From an uncultured delta proteobacterium (GTDB taxonomy: Bacteria > Desulfobacterota > BSN033 > UBA1163), in NCBI GenBank assembly GCA_963827685.1, contig CAWHBU010000002.1, positions 1,120,001 through 1,184,000 on the forward strand: a DNA stretch of 64,000 nt, given 5' to 3'. Position 1 is the first letter of the stretch. Every line of letters starts with the position of its first letter. A program made the translations under genes and the position numbers. Positions 18,891 to 29,071 of the stretch are shown one piece after another. The notes under the pieces are model-generated. The model worked only from the letters and a program-made list of their open reading frames with translations, was not told the DNA's origin and ran no database searches.

Positions 18891-20021
18891 CTAAATATAG
18901 GTGAATAGGATGGCGAAGGCCGAATCGGTCACAATGATCAGAAAGATGGCAGCGACCACTGCTGAAGTTGTGGCCGCCCCCACAGCTTCTGCTCCCCCTC
19001 TGACCTGGAACCCTCTTTGACAACCAATCCCAGCAATCAACACCGCAAAAACGACTGATTTTAATAAGCCCTTGAAGATGGAAGTCATACTGATGACGCT
19101 CATCGTCTCTTGGACATAAGTATAAACTGTTAAATCGAGCCCAAGGACCCCCACGACCAGACCGCCGCCAATGCCAAAAAAGTCCGAATAGAGGGTGAGT
19201 AGGGGGACAGCGACCATTGCCGCCAGAACCTTGGGAACCGCAAGAAAGTGCGTGGGATCAAATCCCATAACCACCAGGGCATCGACTTCTTCGTTGACCT
19301 TCATCGTTCCTATTTCTGCGGCGAAGGCCGATCCTGAGCGACCTGCCACAATGATGGCCGTCATGATCGGCCCCAGCTCTGAAACCATGGCCACCCCTAC
19401 CAACGAAGCCACGAAGATATTGGCTCCAAACTGTTTGAGCTGCAAAGAGGACATGAAGGCGATAATCAGACCGAGGAGAAAGCTGAGGAGACCCACGATC
19501 GGAAGCCCCTCCGCCCCTGCCCTTTTCAAGTAGAAAAGAAAGTCTTTCCATCGGACGGAGCGAGGTTGCCTAAAGGAATGAATCAGCGCTGTGAGAAGAT
19601 CTCCTAAAAAAGTGATGATGGATACAAAGTCTTTGAAAATCTTGAGACTTCCATCCCCAATCTGTTCGATGACGTTCGATTTTTCCTCACCGACAAGAGG
19701 TTTCATGGTAAGGGCTTCTCTGTTGATCAGGCCCATGATTCTCTTTGCTTCTTCAGTCACATTAACAAACTGGAGGGAAATGGATCTGGCCTTTGCCCCA
19801 TACTCCAGCTGCAAAAGTCCAAGAGCTCCTGCACTGTCGAGATACTCTACCCTTGAGAGGTCTACCCTGAGGCTTCCGGGGGACATCTTATGGATCAGGT
19901 CGCCCGCTTCGGATACAAAGAGGTGTAGGTTCCCGATCTCGATCCGACCTGACAGAGAGAGAAAAACCTCTCCTGATCTTTCTCCCTGGATATGGATTGT
20001 ATAAGTCTTTTCAGTATCCAT
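18891..20021 (-). CDS. mlaE: MlaE permease with N-terminal STAS domain
   Basis: YLDSAG STAS motif; ELGPIMTA, GRSGSAFAAEIGTM, GAATT. Confidence 0.9.
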   Translation of the reverse strand: MDTEKTYTIHIQGERSGEVFLSLSGRIEIGNLHLFVSEAGDLIHKMSPGSLRVDLSRVEYLDSAGALGLLQLEYGAKARSISLQFVNVTEEAKRIMGLINREALTMKPLVGEEKSNVIEQIGDGSLKIFKDFVSIITFLGDLLTALIHSFRQPRSVRWKDFLFYLKRAGAEGLPIVGLLSFLLGLIIAFMSSLQLKQFGANIFVASLVGVAMVSELGPIMTAIIVAGRSGSAFAAEIGTMKVNEEVDALVVMGFDPTHFLAVPKVLAAMVAVPLLTLYSDFFGIGGGLVVGVLGLDLTVYTYVQETMSVISMTSIFKGLLKSVVFAVLIAGIGCQRGFQVRGGAEAVGAATTSAVVAAIFLIIVTDSAFAILFTYI

Positions 20022-20061
20022 CTATCTACAACGAAAGCGTCATGAATGTTTAACTGATATG

Positions 20062-20090
20062 GTTATACTGCCTAAGAATCTTTGTGTCAA
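20062..20090 (-). promoter_or_regulatory. sigma70 promoter of the mla operon
   Basis: Minus strand TTGACA-N17-TATAAC. Confidence 0.65.
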
Positions 20091-21136
20091 CCGCAACATC
20101 ATTTGCAGTCCAATACACTTGGTTAGGTGAGCAAACCTATAGGGTCAAATCCACCCTATGATACCATATGCCATCCCTGAAATAGAATCGATAAATTTAT
20201 AGACAGAAGGGGCAAGAAGTGGTAAAAAGGTAGGCGTAAGAAACCCAATTCCAAACAAATATGAAGTTCGTCTATTAATTGTTCGATGAATAAAGTAAAT
20301 ACAAAATCAATAAAATTAAAAACGGCAAGGGCATCAATAGTTGTCTTAATCCTGCTGGCTGTCCTGCTTGTTGACAATAATTTCGCTGAGTCACAGCCAC
20401 CGCCTTCCCAAACTCCACAAATCAAAGCCGAAGTAAAATCCAATGACACTATCAAACATCAAAACCCATCCAGCCAAACAGACAAAATGACCAATACACC
20501 TGTGTCCATTATCCCTAAAGTCACACCCAAAATCGAGAATGGGATAACTAAGAAAACAACAGAGAATCGAGAAGAGCAGGGACCCGAGTTCTGGCCTTCT
20601 TTCTTTGGGTTCAGGATTAAAATTACTGACTCCCTTTTGGTTTTCTTCACTGCCATTCTCGCGCTTTTTACTTGGTTCCTTCATAGATCGACTCGCAAAC
20701 TCTGGAAGGCCGGGGAGGAACAAATGAAGATCACGCGCGATAGTTTGGCTTTGGCACGAGAAGAATTTATTTCCGCACATAGGCCAAAACTTATCATTCG
20801 CAGTGTTACGTTTAAGCCACATGGCTTCCCGGTAATAGGAGAGCCAGTGCAGATTGAAGGAGTCGTCGTAAATATTGGGAATACTGCGACCGAAATAATT
20901 GAAAGCAGTATAACGGCCATTGTTGGCGACCAAATATTCGGCGCACGTACTCCCTTTGCACCTGCGTGTGACAATATTAATGGGGTCAAACTCGTTCCGG
21001 GTGGCGCTTATACTTTCTGGCTCACATCCGAAACAGTGGTTATTCAAAATTCCTCTGTATTGGTGTCTATAACCAGCGGTGCAAAAGTTATATACTTTTT
21101 CGGTTTTATCATGTATCGCGACGAAATTGGGAATAT

Positions 21137-22582
21137 GAGTCAATACCTTTTTTAGTTGAAATTCGATAATGGCTCCTTGTTGAGTTCATCAGGCCGCCTC
21201 CGCCACCTTCGGCATTTCTTGTTTTCCTCCCTGTCTCGCAATCTCCCTCTGGATAGAAATTCTTAACTGTGGAAGATATCTGTAACCCTTGACCTTTCTA
21301 AGTCTCGGCTCAATATCTAAAAGGGCTGCGGCTAACCACCGATGCTTCTGATCACTATTCTTCCAATAATCGACCTTGTCGGTCTTCTGACCAATGAGCG
21401 CCATCAAGGATTCGATACAGTTCGTGGTTTTAAAGCTGATCCCACATTCTCTAAGGAGTCCCAAACGATGCAGCGTCAAGGTCTCTTCACATCCTTCGTC
21501 TAAACTATTGACCGCCGATCGGTTGAGCAGCTGCAGTTCCTTACGAATCTTTAACAGTCTCTCCTTCGCCCTTTCATAGATGGGCTCCTCATAGGCCTCT
21601 TGAAGCTTCCGCCTCATCGAAGCCTGCATCGCCTTCGGAAGATAACTCACCACATTCTCCCGCTTGTGCCACTGGCATCGCTGCACCAAGGCTTTATTCC
21701 CAAAAACTTCATACACCGCTTTCCTCAACCCTTTCGATCCATCAATCACACATAAAAACCCTTCTTCCATCTCTAGCCCACGCTCCAGCAACCCCTGGAG
21801 CATTTCCCGGCCAACCCGCTCATTCTCCGTCCCCGCCTGAATAAATCCTAAAAGAATCTTCTCCCCTTTGACGGTAATCCCCAATACCAAAATCATCTCA
21901 TCTGCACCAAAACTCTTCCCATCCAGAATCAATGCTACAAAATCATACCCCTCCAATCGACGCTCGCAAAGCTCCTTGAGCGCTTTTGCGCTGACTCGAA
22001 TGTATCGCCTCGAAATCGTCGAACCACTCAAACCAAAAGCCTCCGGCACCGCTTCCGCACACTCCTCATAGTTCCGACAACTTAATCCATGGAGAACTCG
22101 TCTCAATACCCCTTCATCTGCCCCACGAGGCTCCTGTAACCGCTCATAACTCTTTAACCGTACCTCTTTCCCCCCACGCCTATCTCTCACCCTTGGCACC
22201 AAGATCGGAAGCTTCTGATCCGATAGATAAACTGACCCCCCTTGGCTCCCCCAACGATCATACCCAGGAACCCCCCGGCGCTTATATCTTTCCCCAGCTA
22301 AACTTCTGACTTCTTCCTCCAAAACCTCCTTCACATGCCACAACCCTACGGGGATCAATGCCTGGATTAACTCTATCTTCATATCCACATCCATCTGCTT
22401 CAATCCCCTATCACAAATCTCTTTCACCCGCGCCCGCCTAACCTTGACACCTCTACCAATCCGTAATATCTTCTCCATCACTGGCTCCTTTCTTGGTGGT
22501 TTTTCTTTTTCTTCCCAAAGTAAGAGATTACCACCATTTTAGGAGCCACTTCTCAAATTTCAACTAAATTTAGCACACCCTC
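21137..22582 (-). mobile_element. IS256-family insertion sequence
   Basis: Imperfect terminal IRs (GAG...TTTAGTTGAAATT...TGGCTCCT), 8-bp TSD GGGAATAT at 21129-21136 and 22583-22590. Confidence 0.92.
21189..22481 (-). CDS. IS256-family (Mutator-like) DDE transposase
   Basis: ILDG, VIDGSKGL, QRCQWHK, TTNCIES. Confidence 0.92.
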   Translation of the reverse strand: MMEKILRIGRGVKVRRARVKEICDRGLKQMDVDMKIELIQALIPVGLWHVKEVLEEEVRSLAGERYKRRGVPGYDRWGSQGGSVYLSDQKLPILVPRVRDRRGGKEVRLKSYERLQEPRGADEGVLRRVLHGLSCRNYEECAEAVPEAFGLSGSTISRRYIRVSAKALKELCERRLEGYDFVALILDGKSFGADEMILVLGITVKGEKILLGFIQAGTENERVGREMLQGLLERGLEMEEGFLCVIDGSKGLRKAVYEVFGNKALVQRCQWHKRENVVSYLPKAMQASMRRKLQEAYEEPIYERAKERLLKIRKELQLLNRSAVNSLDEGCEETLTLHRLGLLRECGISFKTTNCIESLMALIGQKTDKVDYWKNSDQKHRWLAAALLDIEPRLRKVKGYRYLPQLRISIQREIARQGGKQEMPKVAEAA

Positions 22583-22702
22583 GGGAATATTCGCCGGACC
22601 GCTTTTTGCCGACAATATAATCCCCTCACTGAACACTTTATTGTTGTTAATGACCCCGATTATGAATACACTGATTAACAGCAATAATGAAATGAAAAGA
22701 CC

Positions 22703-22794
22703 ATCGAACAAAAGCATCCAGCCGACACCGAATAAGCGTGGCGAGCTTTTACCTTTGTCTTTGTAGCGGCCGCGGCTGATGCATCAGGTTCGGC
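22703..22794 (+). other. Integron attC recombination site
   Basis: R'' ATCGAAC, L'' GCATCCAGCCG pairing with L' CGGCTGATGC with one extrahelical C, R' GTTCGGC. Confidence 0.75.
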
Positions 22795-22803
22795 CACTGA
22801 TTA

Positions 22804-23526
22804 ATGATCGACAGACAGCACATAACCAATGAAATAAAGAGAACCGCGGAAGCGAACGGTGGCATTCCGCTCGGCACTGAAAGATTCTTTGCGGAAACCG
22901 GAATTCGCACCTCCGACTGGTTCGGCAAGTATTGGGCTAGATGGGGAGACGCTCTCATCGAGGCTGGATATAAGCCTAACGAGATGCAGGGCTCTTACGA
23001 AGATGACTGGGTTATTGAAAAACTAATCTCAGTTATCAGGGAATTGGGAAGGTTCCCATCATCCGGGGACCTCAGGTTAAAGGCAAAGCAAGAGAAAGAC
23101 TTTCCAAGCCACAATGTCTTTAACCGAGTGGGAAAGAAGGCTGAGCTTGTCAGGAAAACAATAGAATACTGCTGCAACAGGGGCGGTTTCGACAACGTTC
23201 TTAAAATTTGCGAGAAAATCGCAGTTACTATCCATTCCGAACCTAACGGTACACAGCAAAGACAAACAGAACTCGGTTATGTTTATCTGATGAAATCCGG
23301 GAGATATTATAAGATTGGGAGGACCGCATCTCTGGGAAGGCGAGAATACGAACTCGGCATACAACTTCCCGAACCGCCGAAAACAATTCATAGCATAAAA
23401 ACAGATGATCCGCCTGGCATCGAGGCTTACTGGCACAAGCGGTTCGAAGCAAAGAGAAAAGGCGGTGAATGGTTCGAATTATCAAAAGAAGATGTCGAAG
23501 CATTCAGGCGAAGAAAATTCATGTAA
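22804..23526 (+). CDS. GIY-YIG-related (T5orf172/MUG113-like) nuclease-domain protein, probable cassette gene
   Basis: GYVYLM...YKIGRT, IEAYWHKRF, GGEWFEL; N-terminal W..ALIEAG repeat-like region. Confidence 0.8.
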   Translation: MIDRQHITNEIKRTAEANGGIPLGTERFFAETGIRTSDWFGKYWARWGDALIEAGYKPNEMQGSYEDDWVIEKLISVIRELGRFPSSGDLRLKAKQEKDFPSHNVFNRVGKKAELVRKTIEYCCNRGGFDNVLKICEKIAVTIHSEPNGTQQRQTELGYVYLMKSGRYYKIGRTASLGRREYELGIQLPEPPKTIHSIKTDDPPGIEAYWHKRFEAKRKGGEWFELSKEDVEAFRRRKFM

Positions 23527-23636
23527 ATGTCACCGAACAAGTCGTTGCGCTTCGCTCATCGCACCTGGCCCAGCGCCTGACGGTAGAAATCAATAATAGA
23601 ATAAACCAAACGGCAATTGGCGCCGAGTCAATATTA

Positions 23637-23810
23637 ATGGAAAAGGACGAAGCCCATAGGATCATCGATCGGATGCCACCAAACGCTACCTGGGATGATC
23701 TCATGCGGGAAATTTACGTCCGGGAGGCGGTTGAGCGCGGGTTGGCCGACAGCAAAGCAGGCCGGACTAAGGATGTGAAAGAGGTCCGTGCGAAGTTATG
23801 TGTTTTATAA
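23637..23810 (+). CDS. Small antitoxin-like protein (57 aa)
   Basis: IDRMPPNATWDDLM..IYVREAVERGLAD.KAGR resembles small antitoxins found next to RelE/ParE; no toxin follows. Confidence 0.55.
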   Translation: MEKDEAHRIIDRMPPNATWDDLMREIYVREAVERGLADSKAGRTKDVKEVRAKLCVL

Positions 23811-25443
23811 GAATCCTTTAGGTTTCTTGGGTTGGGGTTTTTCTTCAGGGAGGATATTCTCCTTTTCCTTCTTCTTATCTTCGACCTTGAATCCAGATTC
23901 CTCTATGATAAATTTATCGTCGCCAGGATCGGGTTTAAAGTCTAACTCAAGCTTCTTCGCTTCCTTAATATAGGAGCCATCTTTCAGACGAATCTCTCCG
24001 TTCGGCATGACGACAATAGCAGAATCTCCTTGGACAGGACATCTCTGTTCGCAGAATCCACAGCCATTGCATTTTGAAGCGACAACCACAGGACGTCGAT
24101 ATCCTTCTACAGGACGAAAGACAATGGCGTTATATGGACAGATTTCATCACAGATCAAACAGATCTTATTCTGAGCCCAGACCAGGCACATCTCTTTCCG
24201 TAAAACAGCCGTACCCACCTTGGCATGGGTTTTTTCTTCGAGTGATAGAGAACGGATTGCTTGTGTGGGACAAACCTTTCCGCAGACATTGCAATTCTGA
24301 TCGCATGGAGCCAAACGCGGGTCCATCTTCGGCGTCCACAGACCTGAGAATCCAGACTCCCAAAGACAGGGTTGTAGCGTATTTGTCAAGCAAGACTTCA
24401 TGCACTCCCCGCAGCGGATACAAGTGCGTAAGAACTCAGTCTCGGGAATCGCTCCAGGTGGCCGGATGAGTGGATGTTTACTCTGCTTGAGGGCGAAAGG
24501 AGTCCGCATGGCCAGAAACCCAACCCCCAACCCTCCTGCCAAGGAATAGAGGAATCCTCTGCGAGAAAAGTCGACCTGCGAATATTCTCCACCTAAGGAG
24601 AGAGAAGTTGGAAAGGTGATAGCATGTTGTGGACAAACTTTAGCGCACGCCCTGCATTGAATGCACTCTGGAAGACGAGTTCCTCTTGGATCCTCAGCGA
24701 CAGCTCCCATTGGACAGGTCTTCTGGCATTTCATACATTCATTACAATCTTCACTTATTCGGCGCTTGAAAAGCCCAAGAGGTGAGATCAAGCTGAGAAA
24801 AGCTCCCAATGGGCAGAGATAGCGGCACCAAAAGCGCGGGACGAGACGATTAAGAAAGATGATCCCTCCAAAGATCAGGAATGTGATGGCCGTCATATAG
24901 TAGACAGACTGAAAATAGTGTTGGTGAGATAAGGTGACCCACCCAAGGGCTCCAAACACAGGACGTAGCAGATCTAAGAACAGATTAATCAAGGTAGTTA
25001 CCAGAGGATAGATGAAGAAGGTATAAAAGCGTGTGAGAAGGGACATCGGGTCCATGAGGAAGGCTAAGGAGAGACCGGTCAGCGCAGCAACTATAAAAAT
25101 GACGAGTAAAAAGTATTTCAATCTTCGAAGGCTGGTTTCAGTCTTCAGGCCCAAACGTTTTTTCTTTCGAAAAAAAAAGAAAGTCTAAAAAATCAATCGA
25201 GGCCCCCATTGGACAAACATAGGCGCAAAAGAACCTGCCGATAACGAGCGTAGCCCCGATGGTGGTGAGGGCCCAAAAAGCTCGACCAATGATCTCTCTT
25301 GCCGCGAAAACAGCGTTCAGCCCCAATAGAGGATCTAAACGCAAATAAATATCTGCTGGTAGCCAATTGGGTAGCTTGTAGGTGGCAAAGATAAATAAAG
25401 TAGAGAAAAGAAGAAGAGAGAGGGCCTGGATGAGAGTCCTCAT
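23805..25443 (-). CDS. NapH/MauN-like membrane polyferredoxin, split by a 1-nt frameshift
   Basis: GRFFCAYVCPMG, RFWCRYLCPLG, many CxxCxxCxxxCP motifs; deleting one base of the A9 run at 25170-25178 gives DFLFFRKKKRLGLKTET. Confidence 0.8.
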
Positions 25444-26390
25444 ACCTTTTCCTTAAAAATTTTGAGTTGATCGATGTCGATCTTTCCAAGACCCTTTTGA
25501 TGAGCGACAAGCAGATGCTCAACCTGTCGACCCTTGAAGTTCTGCCCATACCACGGGACAACACTCACCCCATAAGAATCCACGGCAACAGGATCAATGC
25601 CAGCGATGATGAGATTGGGTTTCTTAACCTCTCCAGGCCCACCCGGTCCCCCAGAGACCAAAGCCCGAGTAGCATCAAGGATGGTAAGCTGAGGTTTGAT
25701 GACAGTCCCTAAATCGACTATAGCTTGATTAATGTTGTATTGAGAGTGGAAACTCTCTCTATCCCAAATGAGACCCATGAGTCCCTTCATGCCCATGCTC
25801 ACACCTGTTGCAGAATGAGACTTAGCCACAGGAATACTGATCAAAACAGAGTTGTCCAAAACCTCCTTAATGACCTCTACACGTTCCAACACCTTTCCTT
25901 GAGGAATCTTGATTTCGCGGAAGAACTTTCTTTCCTGAAGAGTGAGAACATGGACACCGGAGATGTTTTTACATGCATCGCGAATCCCTGCCCTTTCAAG
26001 GCAGAGTTCTGCTCTGTGCAGCGTATGATCTAAGACTAAGACTTGCGAAGCCCCTGCTTCGATACAAGCCTGAGCCACCGTTGCGACAACTAAGGGATGG
26101 GTGGTAGCGGCGAATTCAGGCGTTCTGGAAAAGGACATATTGGGTTTAAGGACGACACGCTGCCCTCTTTTGACAAATTGGGAAATTCCCCCTAAAGCCT
26201 CAAGGGCTTTTCTTGTCGCTGCGACGGGCTCACCGGAAATGACCGCTAAATCATACTCTTCTTTTCCGAATGAACGAGAAGGACTGCCGACAATGCCCAA
26301 AGCCATTCCTGCGGCAGCGGTTTTAAGAAATTTACGTCGTGTAATTTTTTGATCGTTTTTATCCACCAGTGCCCCCTTTTCCGTTATCAA
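25440..26390 (-). CDS. DUF362 domain protein with Tat signal
   Basis: TRRKFLK, VVLKPN, TTHP, AKSH, MGMKGLMG, DPVAVD. Confidence 0.85.
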   Translation of the reverse strand: MITEKGALVDKNDQKITRRKFLKTAAAGMALGIVGSPSRSFGKEEYDLAVISGEPVAATRKALEALGGISQFVKRGQRVVLKPNMSFSRTPEFAATTHPLVVATVAQACIEAGASQVLVLDHTLHRAELCLERAGIRDACKNISGVHVLTLQERKFFREIKIPQGKVLERVEVIKEVLDNSVLISIPVAKSHSATGVSMGMKGLMGLIWDRESFHSQYNINQAIVDLGTVIKPQLTILDATRALVSGGPGGPGEVKKPNLIIAGIDPVAVDSYGVSVVPWYGQNFKGRQVEHLLVAHQKGLGKIDIDQLKIFKEKV

Positions 26391-26427
26391 TCAATCCCTC
26401 CTAGCCTCCCTTTAGCAATAGGAATTT

Positions 26428-26490
26428 CTGTAGCGGCGGCATTTATTGCCGACGGAACCTATTCGCCCCCAGTAAATGGGGGCGCTACAG
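26428..26490. repeat. GTAG-type REP pair
   Basis: CTGTAGCG...CGCTACAG ends enclosing two hairpins. Confidence 0.55.
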
Positions 26491-26506
26491 ATTCCTCCAA
26501 AATGCT

Positions 26507-27712
26507 TCATGCAATAAATTCCATCGGAACCTCCTTTAAACGGACTACATCTCGAATCTTACCAGAAACGTTAAATCCACTGGAACATTTCACTGCGCAA
26601 TCAGAACAATCCTCACAAACCCTGTCGGGAAGATTCAGGGACAATATGAGATCTTGAGCATGTGCAAGATTACGATAGCCATAAGTATACATGTAAGCTC
26701 GCATTAGATCAGGGATAGGTAGGTGCTCCGGGCATTGTCCCAAACATTGCCTGCAACCCTGGCAATATAATCCCGAAACAGATGCCACTTTTTCCAAATC
26801 CTTCTTTTCGGGACCGGTGAGCGTGGGATTTTCCGCCACTGATAAATCAATATTCATCTCTTCAAATGTCGTGAATCCAGGGACGATGGTATGCACGTTC
26901 GGATCCTGTAAGACCCATTTGAGAGCCGCAGCGCTATTTTTCACAGTGGGCGTCTGTCTCGACCCGCCTCGGATTGCTTTCATCCCAACAATACCAAGAC
27001 CAGCCTGAGACGCTCTGGCGATAGCATTCCTCATCTCAGCATAATGCTTCTGTTGAAAATTATAGGATGTTAAAATCACATCGTAGATTTTCGAATCAAC
27101 GGCTGCATGAATGACTTCTGGCTCATTCATGTGAGTGGTGATCCCCACGAAACGAGCCTTCCCCTCCTTCTTAACCTTTTCCAATGCTTTCAAAATCGGT
27201 TCATACAGGGCCGATTCTCTCTTCCATACGTTGTGATGGTAATAAATGTCTACATACTCCAGCCCCAGATTTTTAAGGCTGATGTCCACTTTTTTTAGAA
27301 AGGCTTCTTCCGTTGCCTCTTCTGTATAGAGACCTGTTGTTTGATTGTTTGGGAGGCGCGCTTTGGTGGCGATGACGTAAGATTCCCGGGGACGTCCCTT
27401 GAGCACCTCTCCAATCATTCCTTCATTTTGACCTCTTTGATACGTTTGAGCGGTGTCCAGCATCACCATACCGGAATCGAGCGCCACCCGGACAAGGGCT
27501 GAATTATCGGTATTCATCACTCCCATGCTGATCACTGGAACCTTGATCCCCGTCTTTCCAAGGGTGCGATAAACAAATTTCCTCTCCCTCCCCTTCGCTT
27601 CAACAACCCTTAACTCCTGCTTCATATCGATCTTAGGAAGAAAAAATAATCCGCCAAACCCAGCGAGGGTTGATTTCATGAAATCTCTTCTACCCATCAA
27701 TTTTTTAAGCAT
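26507..27712 (-). CDS. Aldo/keto reductase with Tat signal and C-terminal Fe-S cysteines
   Basis: GRRDFMK, YRTLGKTG, DTAQTY, IATK, CQGCRQC...CP; start set at MLKK after GGAGG. Confidence 0.85.
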   Translation of the reverse strand: MLKKLMGRRDFMKSTLAGFGGLFFLPKIDMKQELRVVEAKGRERKFVYRTLGKTGIKVPVISMGVMNTDNSALVRVALDSGMVMLDTAQTYQRGQNEGMIGEVLKGRPRESYVIATKARLPNNQTTGLYTEEATEEAFLKKVDISLKNLGLEYVDIYYHHNVWKRESALYEPILKALEKVKKEGKARFVGITTHMNEPEVIHAAVDSKIYDVILTSYNFQQKHYAEMRNAIARASQAGLGIVGMKAIRGGSRQTPTVKNSAAALKWVLQDPNVHTIVPGFTTFEEMNIDLSVAENPTLTGPEKKDLEKVASVSGLYCQGCRQCLGQCPEHLPIPDLMRAYMYTYGYRNLAHAQDLILSLNLPDRVCEDCSDCAVKCSSGFNVSGKIRDVVRLKEVPMEFIA

Positions 27713-27746
27713 GGTCCCTCCTTCCCCAAAAGCAAAGCGCAGAGCT

Positions 27747-27794
27747 CCCCTCACCCTTCCCCTCTCCCCTGAGGGGAGAGGGTGGGGTGAGGGG
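27747..27794. repeat. CCCTCACCC...GGGTGAGGG REP-like hairpin
   Basis: Near-perfect palindrome; related copies at 38580-38631 and 50455-50494. Confidence 0.65.
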
Positions 27795-27797
27795 TTT

Positions 27798-28697
27798 CTA
27801 TTTCTTCTGCTGACTCTTCGTTAATTCTTCCTCAAAAAGCTTTAGGTATTTTGAACGAAGAGACGTATCGCTAACATTAAGTATACCCCAGATGTATTTT
27901 CCTTTCCAGTACAGGTCAATTTCTCCATGATAAGGGTCAGGCAACGTGTAACGTCCTTCTGCAACATCCCTGGCAGGACTACCGGTTTGCTGAAGATATT
28001 TCTGAATCATCTCTTTGCAGTCGTTCTCTTCAACACCTTCGATGACAAAAAGTTTAAATTTCGTCCCGGAAAGCCCATAATCCGCAGTAAAGGCAGAATG
28101 TAAAAACGAATAACCCAGGAAATTTTTGTTAATAAATTTTTCGGAATTTTTTATTTTTCTCTCTTCGGGGAAAGCGGATAAAATGGGCGGGAGCGTTCCT
28201 TTCTCTCCTAAATTTTCGGCCACCTTTTTTGCAAAGGTTAGTAAAATCTCCTGATCTTCAGCGCCAGTATTGTAACTGTTTATCTTCACATAGTATGAAC
28301 CGGTCAAAAAGTTAAGGACATTGTTTTCAATATACCCTTGAGCCCCAACATTAATAAAGTTCGCATCAGGAAGACGCTCCTGACTGTAGATTCCGAAAGC
28401 ATGGATGGGGGTTTTATGTCGATAGACATCAACGATGACAGAGGCTTTCCTTTCATTCGAGTATTCTCCAACTCTCAATTCCTCAAAATCGTACATCAAA
28501 TAAAGATCCGCTGCTCCATCGATATATTCATAAAGAGTTTTGGGTGAAAAAGCTTGGATTTCCCCTGGCTGTTTCCAACCAGTTACCTCAGGAAAGATGA
28601 AGGTTTTCCAATCGGAACTAAATACCCACGCCGGACGGGATACTCCCGCCATTAAAGAAACGAACAATAAACAACCGATAAGGTATCCCTTTCTCAT
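27798..28697 (-). CDS. Secreted DUF6599-like protein
   Basis: Signal peptide, LYEYIDGAADLY, AFGIYS. Confidence 0.7.
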   Translation of the reverse strand: MRKGYLIGCLLFVSLMAGVSRPAWVFSSDWKTFIFPEVTGWKQPGEIQAFSPKTLYEYIDGAADLYLMYDFEELRVGEYSNERKASVIVDVYRHKTPIHAFGIYSQERLPDANFINVGAQGYIENNVLNFLTGSYYVKINSYNTGAEDQEILLTFAKKVAENLGEKGTLPPILSAFPEERKIKNSEKFINKNFLGYSFLHSAFTADYGLSGTKFKLFVIEGVEENDCKEMIQKYLQQTGSPARDVAEGRYTLPDPYHGEIDLYWKGKYIWGILNVSDTSLRSKYLKLFEEELTKSQQKK

Positions 28698-28868
28698 TGG
28701 TTCCCTTCCTTCCGGTTCAGATAAATTGACTCGTCACTATTTATCACCCACTAATCTAAATCATAAAAGGGAAGTCTGAGTTAATCAATAGAAAATCACC
28801 CTCCTTTTAGCCGCCAGGTAGACCCAGTCATTAAGAGGCAAAATTTTCTTTGCTAAGTATGGACTGCC

Positions 28869-28905
28869 TTGGTTGTTTTTTAACAGACTGTCTAAAAATC
28901 AACAA
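28869..28905. promoter_or_regulatory. Upstream activator site A (tandem bEBP-type sites)
   Basis: TTGGTTGTTTTTTAACAG-A-CTGTCTAAAAATCAACAA; recurs at 35134 and 46113. Confidence 0.7.
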
Positions 28906-29013
28906 AGAATTCCTCTTATAACGAATAATCTAAAATAAGTCCCTTTACTGTGATTTTCCCCAACCATCTAATAATCCTGATGAAAGACAAATAAGATCTA
29001 TTGCCCTGGTAAC

Positions 29014-29029
29014 TGGCATAAGGATTGCT
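29014..29029 (+). promoter_or_regulatory. sigma54 promoter of the GAF activator gene
   Basis: TGGCATAAGGATTGCT. Confidence 0.85.
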
Positions 29030-29071
29030 CGTGTAATCTACATTCGTCTTCAAACTGGAGGTCAGACTTTA

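Larger units (their letters stand above)
20286..22678 (+). pseudogene. Hypothetical membrane protein interrupted by IS256
   Basis: Removing the IS and one TSD copy restores the frame ...DEIGN-IRRTAFCRQYNPLTEHFIVVNDPDYEYTD-stop (TAA 22676-22678). Confidence 0.75.
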
